A stretch of DNA of 64,000 nt from an uncultured bacterium (GTDB lineage Bacteria; Margulisbacteria; WOR-1; CAVSGV01), in contig CAVYHE010000009.1 in NCBI GenBank assembly GCA_963768305.1, positions 96,001-160,000 of the forward strand, given 5' to 3'. Made by a program: the position numbers and the translations under genes. How positions within the stretch are numbered: the first letter of the stretch is position 1; every line of letters begins with the position of its first letter. Under the pieces are notes generated by a model that worked only from the letters and a program-made list of their open reading frames with translations, did not search any database and was not told where the DNA came from. Shown here piece after piece: positions 1 through 10,183 of this stretch.

Positions 1-99
1 CGTATTTATGTTCGCGAGATTACTTGAAATGAGCTCCATATGGATCCTGTTGGCGTTTATCGCGGATACGCTTATGTCCATCGCCTGATCAAGCCCCAT
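1..99 (-). CDS. flgC: Flagellar basal-body rod protein FlgC, 5' part (runs off the window)
   Basis: Manual translation MGLDQAMDISVSAINANRIHMELISSNLANINT contains the rod-protein NLAN motif; lies directly downstream of flgB, with an AAGGAGGG RBS. Confidence 0.9.
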   Translation of the reverse strand, partial: MGLDQAMDISVSAINANRIHMELISSNLANINT

Positions 100-123
100 G
101 GGTCATCCCCTCCTTTTATCCGA

Positions 124-420
124 TCAATGCTTTCCCTGCGTCACGACAAAATGCAAAGCGCTGAGCTTGGAAGTAAGAAGCTTCACGTAAGCCGCGTTCT
201 CCTGCGAATTCTTTGCAAGCGCCGCCATTTCCTCTTCAAGGACCACCTTGCTGTTGGCCCTCTTCACCGCTTTATTCAGTACATCGTTGAAATCAAGCGC
301 CTGGTAATCGGGATTATTGAGATTCGCTATGTTTTGCGAAATGACCGCCTGGCGTTTCGTCGCCTTCGAAATGCCTTCCTGCAGTTTCATGAAAGTACTG
401 TCAAATATTTCTATCGCCAT
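124..420 (-). CDS. flgB: Flagellar basal-body rod protein FlgB (short, 98 aa)
   Basis: RQAVISQNIANLNNPDYQALDF and LEEEMAALAKN motifs; position before flgC. Confidence 0.88.
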   Translation of the reverse strand: MAIEIFDSTFMKLQEGISKATKRQAVISQNIANLNNPDYQALDFNDVLNKAVKRANSKVVLEEEMAALAKNSQENAAYVKLLTSKLSALHFVVTQGKH

Positions 421-1163
421 TATTTCAGCTTCTCCCTCAGGTAGACCACTGTCTTCCCGATGATCCTGTTGACCTTGCTTTTTGAAAGTTTCAATTTTGA
501 CGCGATCTCGTTCTGGTTCATGTCCCTGTTGAAGAAAAGCTCAATAACCTGCTGATCCTGAGAAGGCAGCTCGTGAAGCGACCTGTTGAGCCTTGCCCGG
601 AGCTCGGAGAATTCAAATTCATCCGCCGGAGTTTTTTCCGTGACCGCGTCTATCTCGACGCCGGCTTCCTGCGCCGACTCAAGCGACATCAAATACATCA
701 AAGCCGAAGCGGAAACGATCTTCTTTATCTTTGTAAGCGCGTTGTTGAATTCCGATTCGGATATTTTCTTTTTTTCGAAATTTTCGTCTATCTCCTCTTT
801 CGCCCCTTTTTTCCTTGTTATGGCTGAATATCCTTTTTTCGCGACGTCCCTTATCATGACCTGCACCCTATAGGGGACGGGATTGTAATTCTTAAGCCCG
901 TCCAGTATCTCCCCTCTTATCCTGTAAGAAGCGTAAGTCTCGAACTTGACCCCGCGTTTCGGATCGAAATTCTTCCACGCTTTCATCAGCCCGATGGTGC
1001 CGTCGGCGACAAGATCGTTGTAATCCACGCTCGGAGGAAGCCCCTTGCTGGAAACAATGGACGCGATGGAATGGACAAGAGGCATGTACATCTCGGTCAT
1101 CTGGATCGGCCTTTCGTCCTCTTTCCTGGCTTCTGCCCTCACCGGTTTTCTTTTTACCGCCAT
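420..1163 (-). CDS. fliA: FliA/WhiG-family (sigma28) RNA polymerase sigma factor
   Basis: LPPSVDYNDLVADGTIGLMKAWKNFDPKRGVKFETYASYRIRGEILDGL (region 2) and a C-terminal region 4 HTH; inside the flagellar operon. Confidence 0.88.
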   Translation of the reverse strand: MAVKRKPVRAEARKEDERPIQMTEMYMPLVHSIASIVSSKGLPPSVDYNDLVADGTIGLMKAWKNFDPKRGVKFETYASYRIRGEILDGLKNYNPVPYRVQVMIRDVAKKGYSAITRKKGAKEEIDENFEKKKISESEFNNALTKIKKIVSASALMYLMSLESAQEAGVEIDAVTEKTPADEFEFSELRARLNRSLHELPSQDQQVIELFFNRDMNQNEIASKLKLSKSKVNRIIGKTVVYLREKLK

Positions 1164-1450
1164 TATTTATTCCCCGTTATCAGCTTGTCAAATCCGAACG
1201 ATTTGTTCTTGGCTATCTCGCTGGACATCTTTGCGACCATAATATCGTTATAAAGGTTATCCGAGAACATTCCAAGCGTACCTTCCTCTCCGAACATGGA
1301 GGTCTGGGCCTTAAAGACCTCTTTTAATACTTGAGAAATGAATATCGAGGCGAATTCCTGATCTGCATCAGCCTTTGATTGGATCTTATTGACATTAACG
1401 CTCGATCCAATAGCATACAATGGATCAATGCCAGATACGAACGCGTCCAA
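1163..1450 (-). CDS. flgJ: FlgJ-like rod-binding protein, no muramidase domain
   Basis: EFASIFISQVLKE...LYNDIM...IAKNKSFGF rod-binding pattern; follows flgI. Confidence 0.75.
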   Translation of the reverse strand: MDAFVSGIDPLYAIGSSVNVNKIQSKADADQEFASIFISQVLKEVFKAQTSMFGEEGTLGMFSDNLYNDIMVAKMSSEIAKNKSFGFDKLITGNK

Positions 1451-2498
1451 TCACATCACCTCTATGTCGGCAGAAATGGCTCCTGACATCTTGATGGCAT
1501 TTATTATGGTTATAAGGTCTTTAGGCTTTATTCCAGCCGTGTTCAAGGCTGATACCACATCGGAAATGGTCGCTTCGGGAGTTGACGCTCCAACGGTCAC
1601 ATTGACATCGCCGTATGAAACAGCGACAGGTGCGATCTTTACATCCTCGCCCATTACCACCACTCCCGTCATTTCATTTATGACTACACGTGCGGGAACA
1701 TCAGGGATCAAGGTCAAATTTTCAACGGCAGCAATGAAGTCAACCATGTCCTGATATGCTTCTTTTGACGCGATGATCGTCGCGGCATCCCTCGCCCTTC
1801 CCCTGATCCCTGACTGCTTCATCGCGCTGACAACGCGCGACGCGGTCGTGAAATCCGGCTTGTCAAGAACAACTGTCACATATTCTTGATTTATGGAGAC
1901 AGGGACTTCGCGTTCCACTATTCCCCCATTGGCGATGGTGCCGGCATTCGGCTGTCTCTGGTCAATGGTCATTTCCTGGTTATTCTCAATGCCCGAAAAA
2001 CCAAGAGCGACCGATCCCTGCGCGACAGCGTAAACATTATCATCCGCGCCCATTAAAGGCGCCATCAATAAAGTTCCGCCCTGAAGGCTGGTCGCATCGC
2101 CAAGCGAGGAAACAGTAACATCGATCTTTTGACCGACGGGAGAATAAGGAGGCAGTTTGGCGGTGACCATTACTGCGGCAATATTCCTGGACCTGAACTC
2201 CTTATCCTGCGGAGCGATCCCCATCCTGGAAAGCAGATTCGTCAGCGCCTGTTTCGTGAACTGGGTTTGAATTGTATCACCGGTATTTTTCAGCCCGGCA
2301 ACAAGCCCGAAGCCCATCAGCTGATTGTCCCTGGCTTCAAGAACATGAGCTATGTCTTTAAGCCTGACAGCGGACGACGCGGCGAAAGAAAAGGAAAAAG
2401 GTAAAAGTAAAAAGGTAAAAGTAAAAGTTAAAAGTAAAAACTTTATGACATTTGAATTGTAATTTTTCCTTTTGACTTTTGATTTTTGAATTTTTCAT
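1451..2498 (-). CDS. flgI: Flagellar P-ring protein FlgI; start ATG at 2498 is one base out of frame (A-run)
   Basis: RLKDIAHVLEARDNQLMGFGLVAGLKNTGD, NIAAVMVTAKLPP and DATSLQGGTLL motifs; a hydrophobic signal peptide is in frame upstream of the listed ORF. Confidence 0.92.
2380..2495. repeat. Imperfect 6-7 nt tandem repeats arranged as an inverted pair inside the flgI signal-peptide coding region
   Basis: Plus strand: (GTAAAA/GGTAAAA)n at ~2385-2440 and (TTTTGA[C/T/A])n at ~2463-2495. Confidence 0.6.
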
Positions 2499-2499
2499 A

Positions 2500-3096
2500 T
2501 TAGAACAGCCAGTTAAAAAAGCGGACAACGACGCCCGGGCTTTCCGCTTCACTGACCGCTCCTTTCCCTTTCACTGACACATTGGCTCCCGCGACCTGAT
2601 ATGAATAAACAGTATTCTGCAGGCTAACATCGTTCGGCCTTACCATACCGGATATTTCTATCGTCTGGACTTCGTCATTGACCTCCACTCTGTGTTCTCC
2701 TGCTATCAAAAGATTTCCGTTCGGCAATATTGACATTACGACCGCCGCGATCTTCGCGGTGACGTTGTTCGACCTGGTAGTATCGCCAAGCCCCGAATAA
2801 ACATTGCTGCCGTTGATTGACAGATCTTTTTCCCCGGGGGCAAATCCAAGCCGGGAAAGCGTGGTATTAAATACCCCGCCAAGCGTATCATTTGCGTTCG
2901 TGTTGGTCTGCGCTTGTTGATTGGCTGAAGTGGTTTCAAGTACAACAATAGTAATAATGTCCCCGACCTTAAACGCTTTGCTGACAGAATAGAGGGAACC
3001 GCTACTGTTGTTCCAGATCGAATCGGAATACGAAAATATAGCCGGCAAAAAGAGCGCAACAAGAACAATGGCACTCAGGAAAATCATCTTTTTCAT
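2500..3096 (-). CDS. flgH: Flagellar L-ring protein FlgH
   Basis: [25 protein letters not shown] and [16 protein letters not shown] motifs; signal peptide without a lipobox Cys. Confidence 0.92.
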   Translation of the reverse strand: MKKMIFLSAIVLVALFLPAIFSYSDSIWNNSSGSLYSVSKAFKVGDIITIVVLETTSANQQAQTNTNANDTLGGVFNTTLSRLGFAPGEKDLSINGSNVYSGLGDTTRSNNVTAKIAAVVMSILPNGNLLIAGEHRVEVNDEVQTIEISGMVRPNDVSLQNTVYSYQVAGANVSVKGKGAVSEAESPGVVVRFFNWLF

Positions 3097-3434
3097 TTTA
3101 TCCTGTTCCTTTCATCCACCAGTACTATCTTCGGATTTAGTTTCATTATTTCATTCTCATCGGCGATCACATAAGCGATAACGATGACCTTGTCGCCGGG
3201 AACAGCCAACCGTGCCGCGGCGCCGTTAAGGCAGACGACTCCGGAGCTTCCTTCAATGACATAAGTTTCGAATCGATTCCCATTGTTCACATTCAGTACA
3301 TGGACCTTTTCTCCGGGAAGTACGTCAGCTGCTTTTATCAATTTGCTGTCGATCGTGATGCTTCCCTCATAATTGACGTTCGTTTCCGTGACGGTCAATC
3401 TGTGAAGCTTCGCTCTGAGCATGGTCCTCATCAT
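3093..3434 (-). CDS. panD: Aspartate 1-decarboxylase PanD
   Basis: [29 protein letters not shown] (G-S self-cleavage site), [10 protein letters not shown] and CLNGAAARL; true start ATG 3434 overlaps the flgA stop. Confidence 0.95.
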   Translation of the reverse strand: MMRTMLRAKLHRLTVTETNVNYEGSITIDSKLIKAADVLPGEKVHVLNVNNGNRFETYVIEGSSGVVCLNGAAARLAVPGDKVIVIAYVIADENEIMKLNPKIVLVDERNRIK

Positions 3435-4158
3435 TTTACGGTCACCTCTCCAGTGCCTGTCACAATGCCTATCAATTCTTTTCCGGAATCCGTGTTCTTC
3501 ACTTTGACTTCGGATCCCATATCTCCGTCGCCCAGAGCAACGCCATCCGCCGAAACGATGACGCTTTCCGAACCCGAAATTATTTTTACCTTTTCGTTCT
3601 TTTTTACCAGCGGCTTTTCTTTTAACATCCATCCGTAAATCGGGATTTCCCATACGGGACAAAAGTCTTGACTTCTTTGCCGAAAGCCAGGCCGAAATCC
3701 CTTATAACATCCGGATTCAGAACGGCTATATCCCTTTCTTCCATCCCTGCTTCATTGCTTGAAATTATATCGCCCCTCTGCAGGCGCTTTTTTGCGACAA
3801 CGATCTTATCGAATATCGACACCTTGGTCCTGAGGAATATTTTTTCTTTCTGGACATCGTCTTCAACGACCTGCACCGGAATGATGATATTCCCTATCGG
3901 CATGAAATCGGGATAAAGCTCGGCAATGGAAAAAGAGATCTTGCCTTTGCGGTATTTAAGGTCCCTGAATATCTTATCGGCGTATTTATAAGTCACTTCT
4001 ATCTTTTTCCCGGCATAGGCAGGAGTTCTTTGCGACAAGATAATTGATGATCGCACCTGTCATTTTGCTCTGCATATCATTGGCGACATATGCGCCGTAA
4101 ATTGAATTGCAGGCCAATGATAACCAGAAATAAAACTATTAATAATCTTTTTGATCAT
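3431..4158 (-). CDS. flgA: P-ring chaperone FlgA, broken by several single-base frameshifts (ORFs 3622-4056 and 3431-3628)
   Basis: SAF-like [15 protein letters not shown], then LVKKNEKV...[30 protein letters not shown]; position between flgG and flgH. Confidence 0.85.
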
Positions 4159-4177
4159 TCTTCGCTCCAACTCATCT

Positions 4178-4986
4178 TTATGATTGTTTCATATTATTGA
4201 TCGAAGTAAGCATCCCGTCATAGCTTTGCACCGCTTTTGAAACGGTGTCGAATACCCTCTGTATCATGACCATCCGCATCATCTCGGACATGACATCGAC
4301 ATTTGAGCCTTCAAGCGCGTATTGGTTTATCGATCCGAATCCTTCCTGATTTGCGATGCCGATCGTCGGCGTCGCCGGAAGCAGAAGTTTCAACGAACAA
4401 ATTCTCTCCTATGCTTTTCAGGCCGGCAGGATTGAAGAATTTCACCAGGGCGATCTGTCCCACGTCCTGCGTTGTAACGCTGTTGTTTAATAGCAACCTG
4501 CACTGTTCCATCCTGTTTTATTATGACCTTGGTCGTCCCTTCAGGGAGCACGATCTCGGGTTCCAGTTTGTGGCCGTTCGGATCGACAAGATTCCCTTCA
4601 TTATCAACATGCAAATTCCCGGCCCTTCCGTAGGCAAACGTATTATCGGGAAGCTTGAACTGGAAAAATCCGTCGCCCTGGATCGCTATATCAAGCGGGC
4701 TGTGGGTGACCTCTATCGCGCCCTGAGAAAAATCCTTCGGCGTCGCGGCTACGCGCACGCCTGTGCCGTATTCGGACGGGCCGTAAGTCGGTGATATCCC
4801 CTGTCTTATCATCTGGTCCCTGAGTTCGCCCTGGAAAGTTTTTTCTATTGTGAACAAACTTTCTTTTTCAACGCGGCCTTTCTTGAAACCCACAGTGCTT
4901 GCGTTCGCCAGATTGTTCGTAATGTCCATCATTTCATCCTGAAAGACATTCAGACCTGTCGCGGCGACATAAAGCGGCTCAAACAT
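4178..4986 (-). CDS. flgG: Distal rod protein FlgG, split by two frameshifts (ORFs 4390-4986, 4311-4511, 4178-4393)
   Basis: ITNNLANASTVGFKK, LDIAIQGDGFFQ, FFNPAGLKSIGENLFVETSASG and LEGSNVDVMSEM motifs. Confidence 0.92.
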
Positions 4987-5019
4987 AAGATCACTCTCCT
5001 TGCCCGCCTAGGCGGACTT

Positions 5020-5754
5020 TTATTGCGAAGGGCTTCCCATGGACTCTGCCTTGGTCATCATCGTATCCCTGTTCGACACGATCTTTGAATCGATCCCGTA
5101 AACCCGGGATAAATATATCAGGTTCATCATCTCTTCGATTATGTTGACATTGGACGCTTCCACATATCCGCTGACGATGCGCGGCGATTGATCGAACTCC
5201 CTTTTCGACGTGCCGCTTGCCTTAAAAACGGATCCGCTTATCGGCGTTAAGACGGACTTATTCGCGAATTTCACGATCTGTATGGCGTTCACTTCTGAAC
5301 CGTTCACTCTCATTTTTCCGTCGCCGGAAAATTCAACGGTATCTCCCGGATTAACGGTGATCGGCCCGGAAGTGCCCATGACAGGATAATTCCCGGCGGA
5401 AGTGACAAGCCTGCCGTCCTGGTCCAGAGTGAACCTTCCGTCACGCGTATATCCTTCGCCCTGAGGGGTTTCAACGACAAAAAATCCTTCGCCGCCTATC
5501 GCAAGATCGGTATTGTTCCCTGTCCGCAAAAGAGTTCCGGGGTTTTGATCGTAAAAAGCCCCTTCTATCTGCGGTACCTGAGTTGAGGACATTTTTTGCG
5601 CTGCATCCAGATAAGTGGGGAAAGATTTGATCACGACATCGGTTTTTTTGTATCCCGGCGTCTCGGAGTTGACCATATTATTCATCATGGCCTTGACTTT
5701 CGCGTCAGCCCCTTCAATCCCTGCCCCCCCGACTTCAAGGATTCTATCGCCCAT
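5020..5754 (-). CDS. flgF: Flagellar rod protein FlgF
   Basis: NNMVNSETPGYKK, DLAIGGEGFF, YTRDGRF and GYVEASNVNIIEEM; precedes flgG. Confidence 0.88.
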   Translation of the reverse strand: MGDRILEVGGAGIEGADAKVKAMMNNMVNSETPGYKKTDVVIKSFPTYLDAAQKMSSTQVPQIEGAFYDQNPGTLLRTGNNTDLAIGGEGFFVVETPQGEGYTRDGRFTLDQDGRLVTSAGNYPVMGTSGPITVNPGDTVEFSGDGKMRVNGSEVNAIQIVKFANKSVLTPISGSVFKASGTSKREFDQSPRIVSGYVEASNVNIIEEMMNLIYLSRVYGIDSKIVSNRDTMMTKAESMGSPSQ

Positions 5755-5787
5755 TTGATCAGCTCCTAACAGCGAGTCTTTATTGAA

Positions 5788-5816
5788 ATTATAAGCGGGA
5801 TTACAGGAAAAATCAA
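5788..5816 (-). promoter_or_regulatory. sigma70-type promoter of the flgF operon
   Basis: Minus strand TTGATT-N17-TATAAT, upstream of an AGGAG RBS. Confidence 0.7.
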
Positions 5817-5822
5817 GAGGTT

Positions 5823-6149
5823 TTATTTTTCTTCCGCGATCTTTTTGATGAGCTTTTCTCTTTTTTCGGCCATCTTGTCAAGGCGATAGACGAAGAACAG
5901 GACTTCGGCCACTAGAACATAAAGCTGGGATGGGATCTCCGTATCGATCTCCAGTTTTGCGAGCATATTTGCAAGATCCCTGTTCTCATAAAGGGGGATC
6001 TTGTTCTCGTCGGCGATCCTGAGGATTTCATCTGCGACGGCCCCGCGTCCGGAAGCAAGAATGAGCGGCGCTTTATCCAGCTCCACATCATACCGCACTG
6101 CGATAGCTGTCCTTCGTCCGGGTGTTGGTTTTTCTTTTTCCGCCATCAC
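5823..6149 (-). CDS. FlhB C-terminal-domain-like protein (EscU/YscU/HrcU family, FlhX/YlqH type)
   Basis: AIAVRYD...APLILASGRGAVADEILRIADENKIPLYEN...EIPSQLYVLVAEVL. Confidence 0.88.
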   Translation of the reverse strand: MMAEKEKPTPGRRTAIAVRYDVELDKAPLILASGRGAVADEILRIADENKIPLYENRDLANMLAKLEIDTEIPSQLYVLVAEVLFFVYRLDKMAEKREKLIKKIAEEK

Positions 6150-7411
6150 GCGCTCACATCTATCTTCATTAAATCTTCAATACCAAGGAACGGAATGAGA
6201 AAAGGTTTTATCGCGCACATCGAAGGATTAACGTTCACCTGTATCTTCGGCACAGAAAAATCCTTCTTTGAGACCGCACCGGCAAGTTCTTTTGCGTTGC
6301 CCGCGATAAAAGATTTCACCTCGTCATTTTGAGTGTTGAAAAGGAAATCCACGTTCTTCCCTTTTATCGCCATTTTCACCGCGACGCGGCCCATGTTCTG
6401 GGTGTCAATGGACATGATGATCTGAGTATCGGCGGGATCGATCTTTTTCCCGCCTTCCTTGTCGCTCCTTTTTATTATCATATCCACTGTTGTGGGCGGC
6501 TTTACCAGGGCATTCGGTATCTGATAATAAGAATAATTCACTTCCGTCTTGGCGGATTGTTTTGAAAGCATGGCCTGCGAAATAACATTCTGTATCATCT
6601 GGTCCAGTCTGTTGGATGTCGCGTTGATATTGGATTCGATGATCTGCCCTTCGGCGCTGTCGGGAAGATTCTGCTTGCCGGGCATTCCGTCGAGCAAGGC
6701 TTTCATCGCTCTCAAGTTCGATGATAGTTCGGTCCTGCCGGTGGATCCGTCCCCTGAAAATTTATATTTGCCCGGAACATTATCCAGGTCCTTATCGAAT
6801 TGTGCAAGCACTCCAATGATCTGCGCAAGCATCTGATCATTCAGTATCCCCTTTCCCATCGCAAGCGCGGACATGAGATCCGACATATTCCCCTTGAGCG
6901 ATAAAAGCTGGGCGGCAAGCTGGGGATTTTCGGAAAGGAATTTCGTAAGGGATTTCGCGGCCGCGGGAGAATCGATGCCTTTCATGAGAAGAAGGATGGA
7001 AGCCTCCTGCGCAGTCTGGCTCGGATCGGTCCCGACCATCGCCGCAAGTTTTGTGAAATTAGCTTTTGAAACTTCCAAACCGTATCTGAGCATGGAAGTC
7101 GCAAGTTTTTCGTTCAATTCCGAATCCGCGATATTCTGCGAAAGAAGAAGCTGTTTAAGGTCGGCAGTGGTGAATTGCCTCGCGACTTCGCCGCGCTCCA
7201 TAGCTTTCGCTGCAGCTTGAGCTTGAGCAATTTCAGCGGGAGTAAGTGGAGCGGCTTGAGCTGCTTTTGCAGCTTGTGCGGCTTTCGCCGAGGCTTGAGC
7301 GCCCGCGGAAGCCTGAGGAGACGATGACGACGGCGCAGACTTTCCAGTCGGCCAAATAACCGGCCTTCCCGGATGGAGACTTCCGCCGGCTGTTGTCATG
7401 TCATCGCCCAT
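6146..7411 (-). CDS. fliK: Flagellar hook-length control protein FliK-like
   Basis: Ala/Ser/Pro-rich N-terminus and a C-terminal T3S4-like domain (IDTQNMGRVAVKMAIKGKNVDFLF); adjacent to the FlhB-C-like gene. Confidence 0.72.
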   Translation of the reverse strand: MGDDMTTAGGSLHPGRPVIWPTGKSAPSSSSPQASAGAQASAKAAQAAKAAQAAPLTPAEIAQAQAAAKAMERGEVARQFTTADLKQLLLSQNIADSELNEKLATSMLRYGLEVSKANFTKLAAMVGTDPSQTAQEASILLLMKGIDSPAAAKSLTKFLSENPQLAAQLLSLKGNMSDLMSALAMGKGILNDQMLAQIIGVLAQFDKDLDNVPGKYKFSGDGSTGRTELSSNLRAMKALLDGMPGKQNLPDSAEGQIIESNINATSNRLDQMIQNVISQAMLSKQSAKTEVNYSYYQIPNALVKPPTTVDMIIKRSDKEGGKKIDPADTQIIMSIDTQNMGRVAVKMAIKGKNVDFLFNTQNDEVKSFIAGNAKELAGAVSKKDFSVPKIQVNVNPSMCAIKPFLIPFLGIEDLMKIDVSA

Positions 7412-7428
7412 GAATTACCTCCTGGAAA

Positions 7429-7457
7429 ATAATATACTCCAAGGAATCAAAAGTCAA
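7429..7457 (-). promoter_or_regulatory. sigma70-type promoter of fliK
   Basis: Minus strand TTGACT-N17-TATTAT followed by AGGAGG. Confidence 0.65.
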
Positions 7458-7528
7458 TTCGAGCTTATTATTCCACTCTATTTATCGTGAAATATATGAG
7501 GAAACTTGCATAGATCAGCTGCTTGAGA

Positions 7529-8317
7529 TTATTTCTTCTTTGCTTCGGGGGCTGAAGGTTTTGCGGGAGCTGCGCCTTTCGCGGCGGGTACCGTGCCCGG
7601 AGCGGCGGGAGCTGCGCCCTTTGCGGGAGCTGCTTCTTTTCCGGCAGGTGCCGCGCCGGGAGCCGCTGGAGCTGCGCCCGGTGCGCCGGCCACAGGAACG
7701 GTCTGGCCGGTAACTTCGGGGGCAACAAGCGGAGCCGCTTCAACTTCTTCTTTCGTCGGCGCGGATATCGTAACGAGAATTTCAGTGGCCAGTGTAGTCA
7801 CCGTGATACCTTTTGGAGGTTTAAGGTCGGATACATGGAATCCGCCGCCGATCTTCAGATCTGAAACATCGATCTCAAATTTATCCGGAATGTTAACAGG
7901 AAGGCACTTTACTTCAACTTCTCTTAATCCTTGAACAAGAATGCCGCCGTCAAGCTTAACGCCGACGGATTCGCCTTTAAGTATGACAGGGACCTTTGTC
8001 TTGAGCTCTTCTTCCATTTTGATCTTATAGAAATCGATATGAGTGATCATATCCCTTAAAGTATCCCTGAATATTTCATGGGCAAGGACTGGGAGTTTCG
8101 CTTCTTTATCGCCTTCGATCTTGAGAGTGATTATGACGTTCCGGCCAGCCTTTGAACTGATGATCTTTGAGAATGTTTTAGTGTTGACCTCAATAGGGAG
8201 CGAATCCATCCCATGACCGTAAACAATGGCAGGGATCATTCCGGAAGCTCTCGCTCTTCGCGATTCCCTTCTTCCGGTCTTTTCTCTTTTTTTAGCTTCT
8301 AATTCAACCTGTTCCAA
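7529..8317 (-). CDS. rplY: 50S ribosomal protein L25/Ctc with Ala/Pro-rich tail
   Basis: RARASGMIPAIVYG, THIDFY, GVKLDGGIL and CLPVNIPDKFEIDVSDL; TTG start with GGAGG RBS. Confidence 0.95.
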   Translation of the reverse strand: MEQVELEAKKREKTGRRESRRARASGMIPAIVYGHGMDSLPIEVNTKTFSKIISSKAGRNVIITLKIEGDKEAKLPVLAHEIFRDTLRDMITHIDFYKIKMEEELKTKVPVILKGESVGVKLDGGILVQGLREVEVKCLPVNIPDKFEIDVSDLKIGGGFHVSDLKPPKGITVTTLATEILVTISAPTKEEVEAAPLVAPEVTGQTVPVAGAPGAAPAAPGAAPAGKEAAPAKGAAPAAPGTVPAAKGAAPAKPSAPEAKKK

Positions 8318-8354
8318 TCGATATCAAACCTCCCGAGATCAAAACAACCTTGGA

Positions 8355-8383
8355 ATTATATCATAAGTTTTTTAAATTCTCAA
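8355..8383 (-). promoter_or_regulatory. sigma70-type promoter of rplY
   Basis: Minus strand TTGAGA-N17-TATAAT with an extended TGn -10. Confidence 0.7.
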
Positions 8384-8392
8384 GCGTCTAGT

Positions 8393-10180
8393 TCATACTT
8401 TCGCTTTAATTTGCCCTTTCGGGCCATCAATTGCCTTATCTTTCACGTATCTATGATCCCTGTACCATGTCAAAATTTCTCTTGCTATATAAGCGGTAAC
8501 CCTGTCGCCATGGACACCGTGCTCGACGAATGAAATTATGACGATTTCCGGCGCGTTGTAGGGCGCGAAGCACATGAACCAAGCATGCGCCTCACCGGGA
8601 TTTTCCGCTGTGCCGGTCTTTCCCGCAGCCGGCATCCCATCCACTCTCGCCGCTATACCCGTACCACGTTCAACTATCGTATGCATCGTGTTCCGCAGAA
8701 GTTCCGCATTCTCAGGCGACAGAGGTGTGCTTCCTGTCTCCGCAGGTTTATAATTAAATATTTCCTTCCCTTCCCGCGACTTCACATCCAATACGACATG
8801 AGGGACATATCTTTTTCCTGTCGCGATCGTTCCATACGCGTTCGCCATTTGTATCGGAGTGACAACAAGCCATCCCTGGCCGATCCCGTAATTGATCGAG
8901 TCGCCTTTCACCCAGACATCATGGTAAACTTGTTTTTTCCATTCTTCATTTGGGACCACTCCGACAAGCTCGCCCGGAAGATCTATCCCTGTTCTCTCGC
9001 CTAGCCCGTACGCCCTGGAATATTTTGAAAGCAGGCCGGGGCCGTTGCGAAGACCAAGCTGGTAGTAAACAACATCGCACGACTGCACAAGCCCTTCTAA
9101 TATGTTGAGTTTTCCGTGGCCTTTCGCATACCAGCAATCCGCCCTTCTGTTACCTAATATGTAATATCCTTTGCATTCAAATATCTCATCTAATCCCACA
9201 GTTTTTTCCTGGAGGGTGGCCGACAAATTGATGGGCTTGAAGGTGGAACCCGGCGGATATGTGGAAAGCGCCCTGTTCAGGAAAGGATGCCCTTCCCTGT
9301 CCATTCTTTCCCATTCGCGCTTGTCCATAGGGCCGGCAAAAATGCTTGGGTCGTAGCTGGGGTGGCTCGCCATTGCCAGTATCTCGCCGTTCCTCGGATC
9401 CATAACGATGACCGCACCGTGTTTCTCTCCCAGGTTCTGCTCGACCAATTTCTGGATGTCCAGGTCGATCGTTAGCTTGATATCGTTCCCCGGCACTGGA
9501 TCAAGCGCTCTCACCGTCTTAACCGGCTTTCCGGCGACGTCTATCTCAATCTGTTGCCCTCCGTCCATCCCTCTTAGATATTTATCATAAGTGTTCTCGA
9601 CGCCTTCCTGCCCTATTATGTCTTTCAGGTTGTAGCCCTGGTCGCGCAACTGATCCAGCTCTTCCTTTGTGATCTCTCCGGCATAGCCCAAAACCTGGGC
9701 CGCAAGATTTTTATACGGATAATATCGGACAGGCCGGACGTTCACTATCACGCCGGGAAGGCTGTACTGGCGCTCTTCCAAAGCAGTAACGGTCTTAATG
9801 GAAAGATCATCCTTTATAAGTATCGGCTCGAACGGGCGCGATTTGTTCTCATTGATCTTTTGAAGGATCTTTTCTTTCGGAACTCCTACGATGCGGGAAA
9901 CCGACGACAGCGTCCTGTCAAGCTCGTCTGCATCGGAGATGCTGCTTGGGAAAACATAGACGGAAAATACGGCCCTGTTCGCGACAAGGACCTTTCCGTA
10001 CCTGTCATAGATAATCCCTCTCGGAGCGAGAGTGGGTATTGTCCTGGTCGTATTCTCTTTGGACAATGTGGAATAAGTGGAATATTCCATTATCTGAAGC
10101 TGCCACAGCCGGCCGCACAAAAGAATGAATATAATGAAAAGGAACGCTATAAAAAACCTGGCCTGATTTTCCCTGTCCAT
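8393..10180 (-). CDS. mrdA: Penicillin-binding protein 2
   Basis: N-terminal TM, APRGIIYDR, PGSTFK (SxxK), SCD (SxD) and KTG; in the mreBCD operon. Confidence 0.95.
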   Translation of the reverse strand: MDRENQARFFIAFLFIIFILLCGRLWQLQIMEYSTYSTLSKENTTRTIPTLAPRGIIYDRYGKVLVANRAVFSVYVFPSSISDADELDRTLSSVSRIVGVPKEKILQKINENKSRPFEPILIKDDLSIKTVTALEERQYSLPGVIVNVRPVRYYPYKNLAAQVLGYAGEITKEELDQLRDQGYNLKDIIGQEGVENTYDKYLRGMDGGQQIEIDVAGKPVKTVRALDPVPGNDIKLTIDLDIQKLVEQNLGEKHGAVIVMDPRNGEILAMASHPSYDPSIFAGPMDKREWERMDREGHPFLNRALSTYPPGSTFKPINLSATLQEKTVGLDEIFECKGYYILGNRRADCWYAKGHGKLNILEGLVQSCDVVYYQLGLRNGPGLLSKYSRAYGLGERTGIDLPGELVGVVPNEEWKKQVYHDVWVKGDSINYGIGQGWLVVTPIQMANAYGTIATGKRYVPHVVLDVKSREGKEIFNYKPAETGSTPLSPENAELLRNTMHTIVERGTGIAARVDGMPAAGKTGTAENPGEAHAWFMCFAPYNAPEIVIISFVEHGVHGDRVTAYIAREILTWYRDHRYVKDKAIDGPKGQIKAKV

Positions 10181-10183
10181 GAT

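Noticed and set aside
5004..5015. Palindrome CCGCCTAGGCGG between flgF and flgG
   Set aside because: Single short hairpin with no U-tract on the coding strand; insufficient for a functional call
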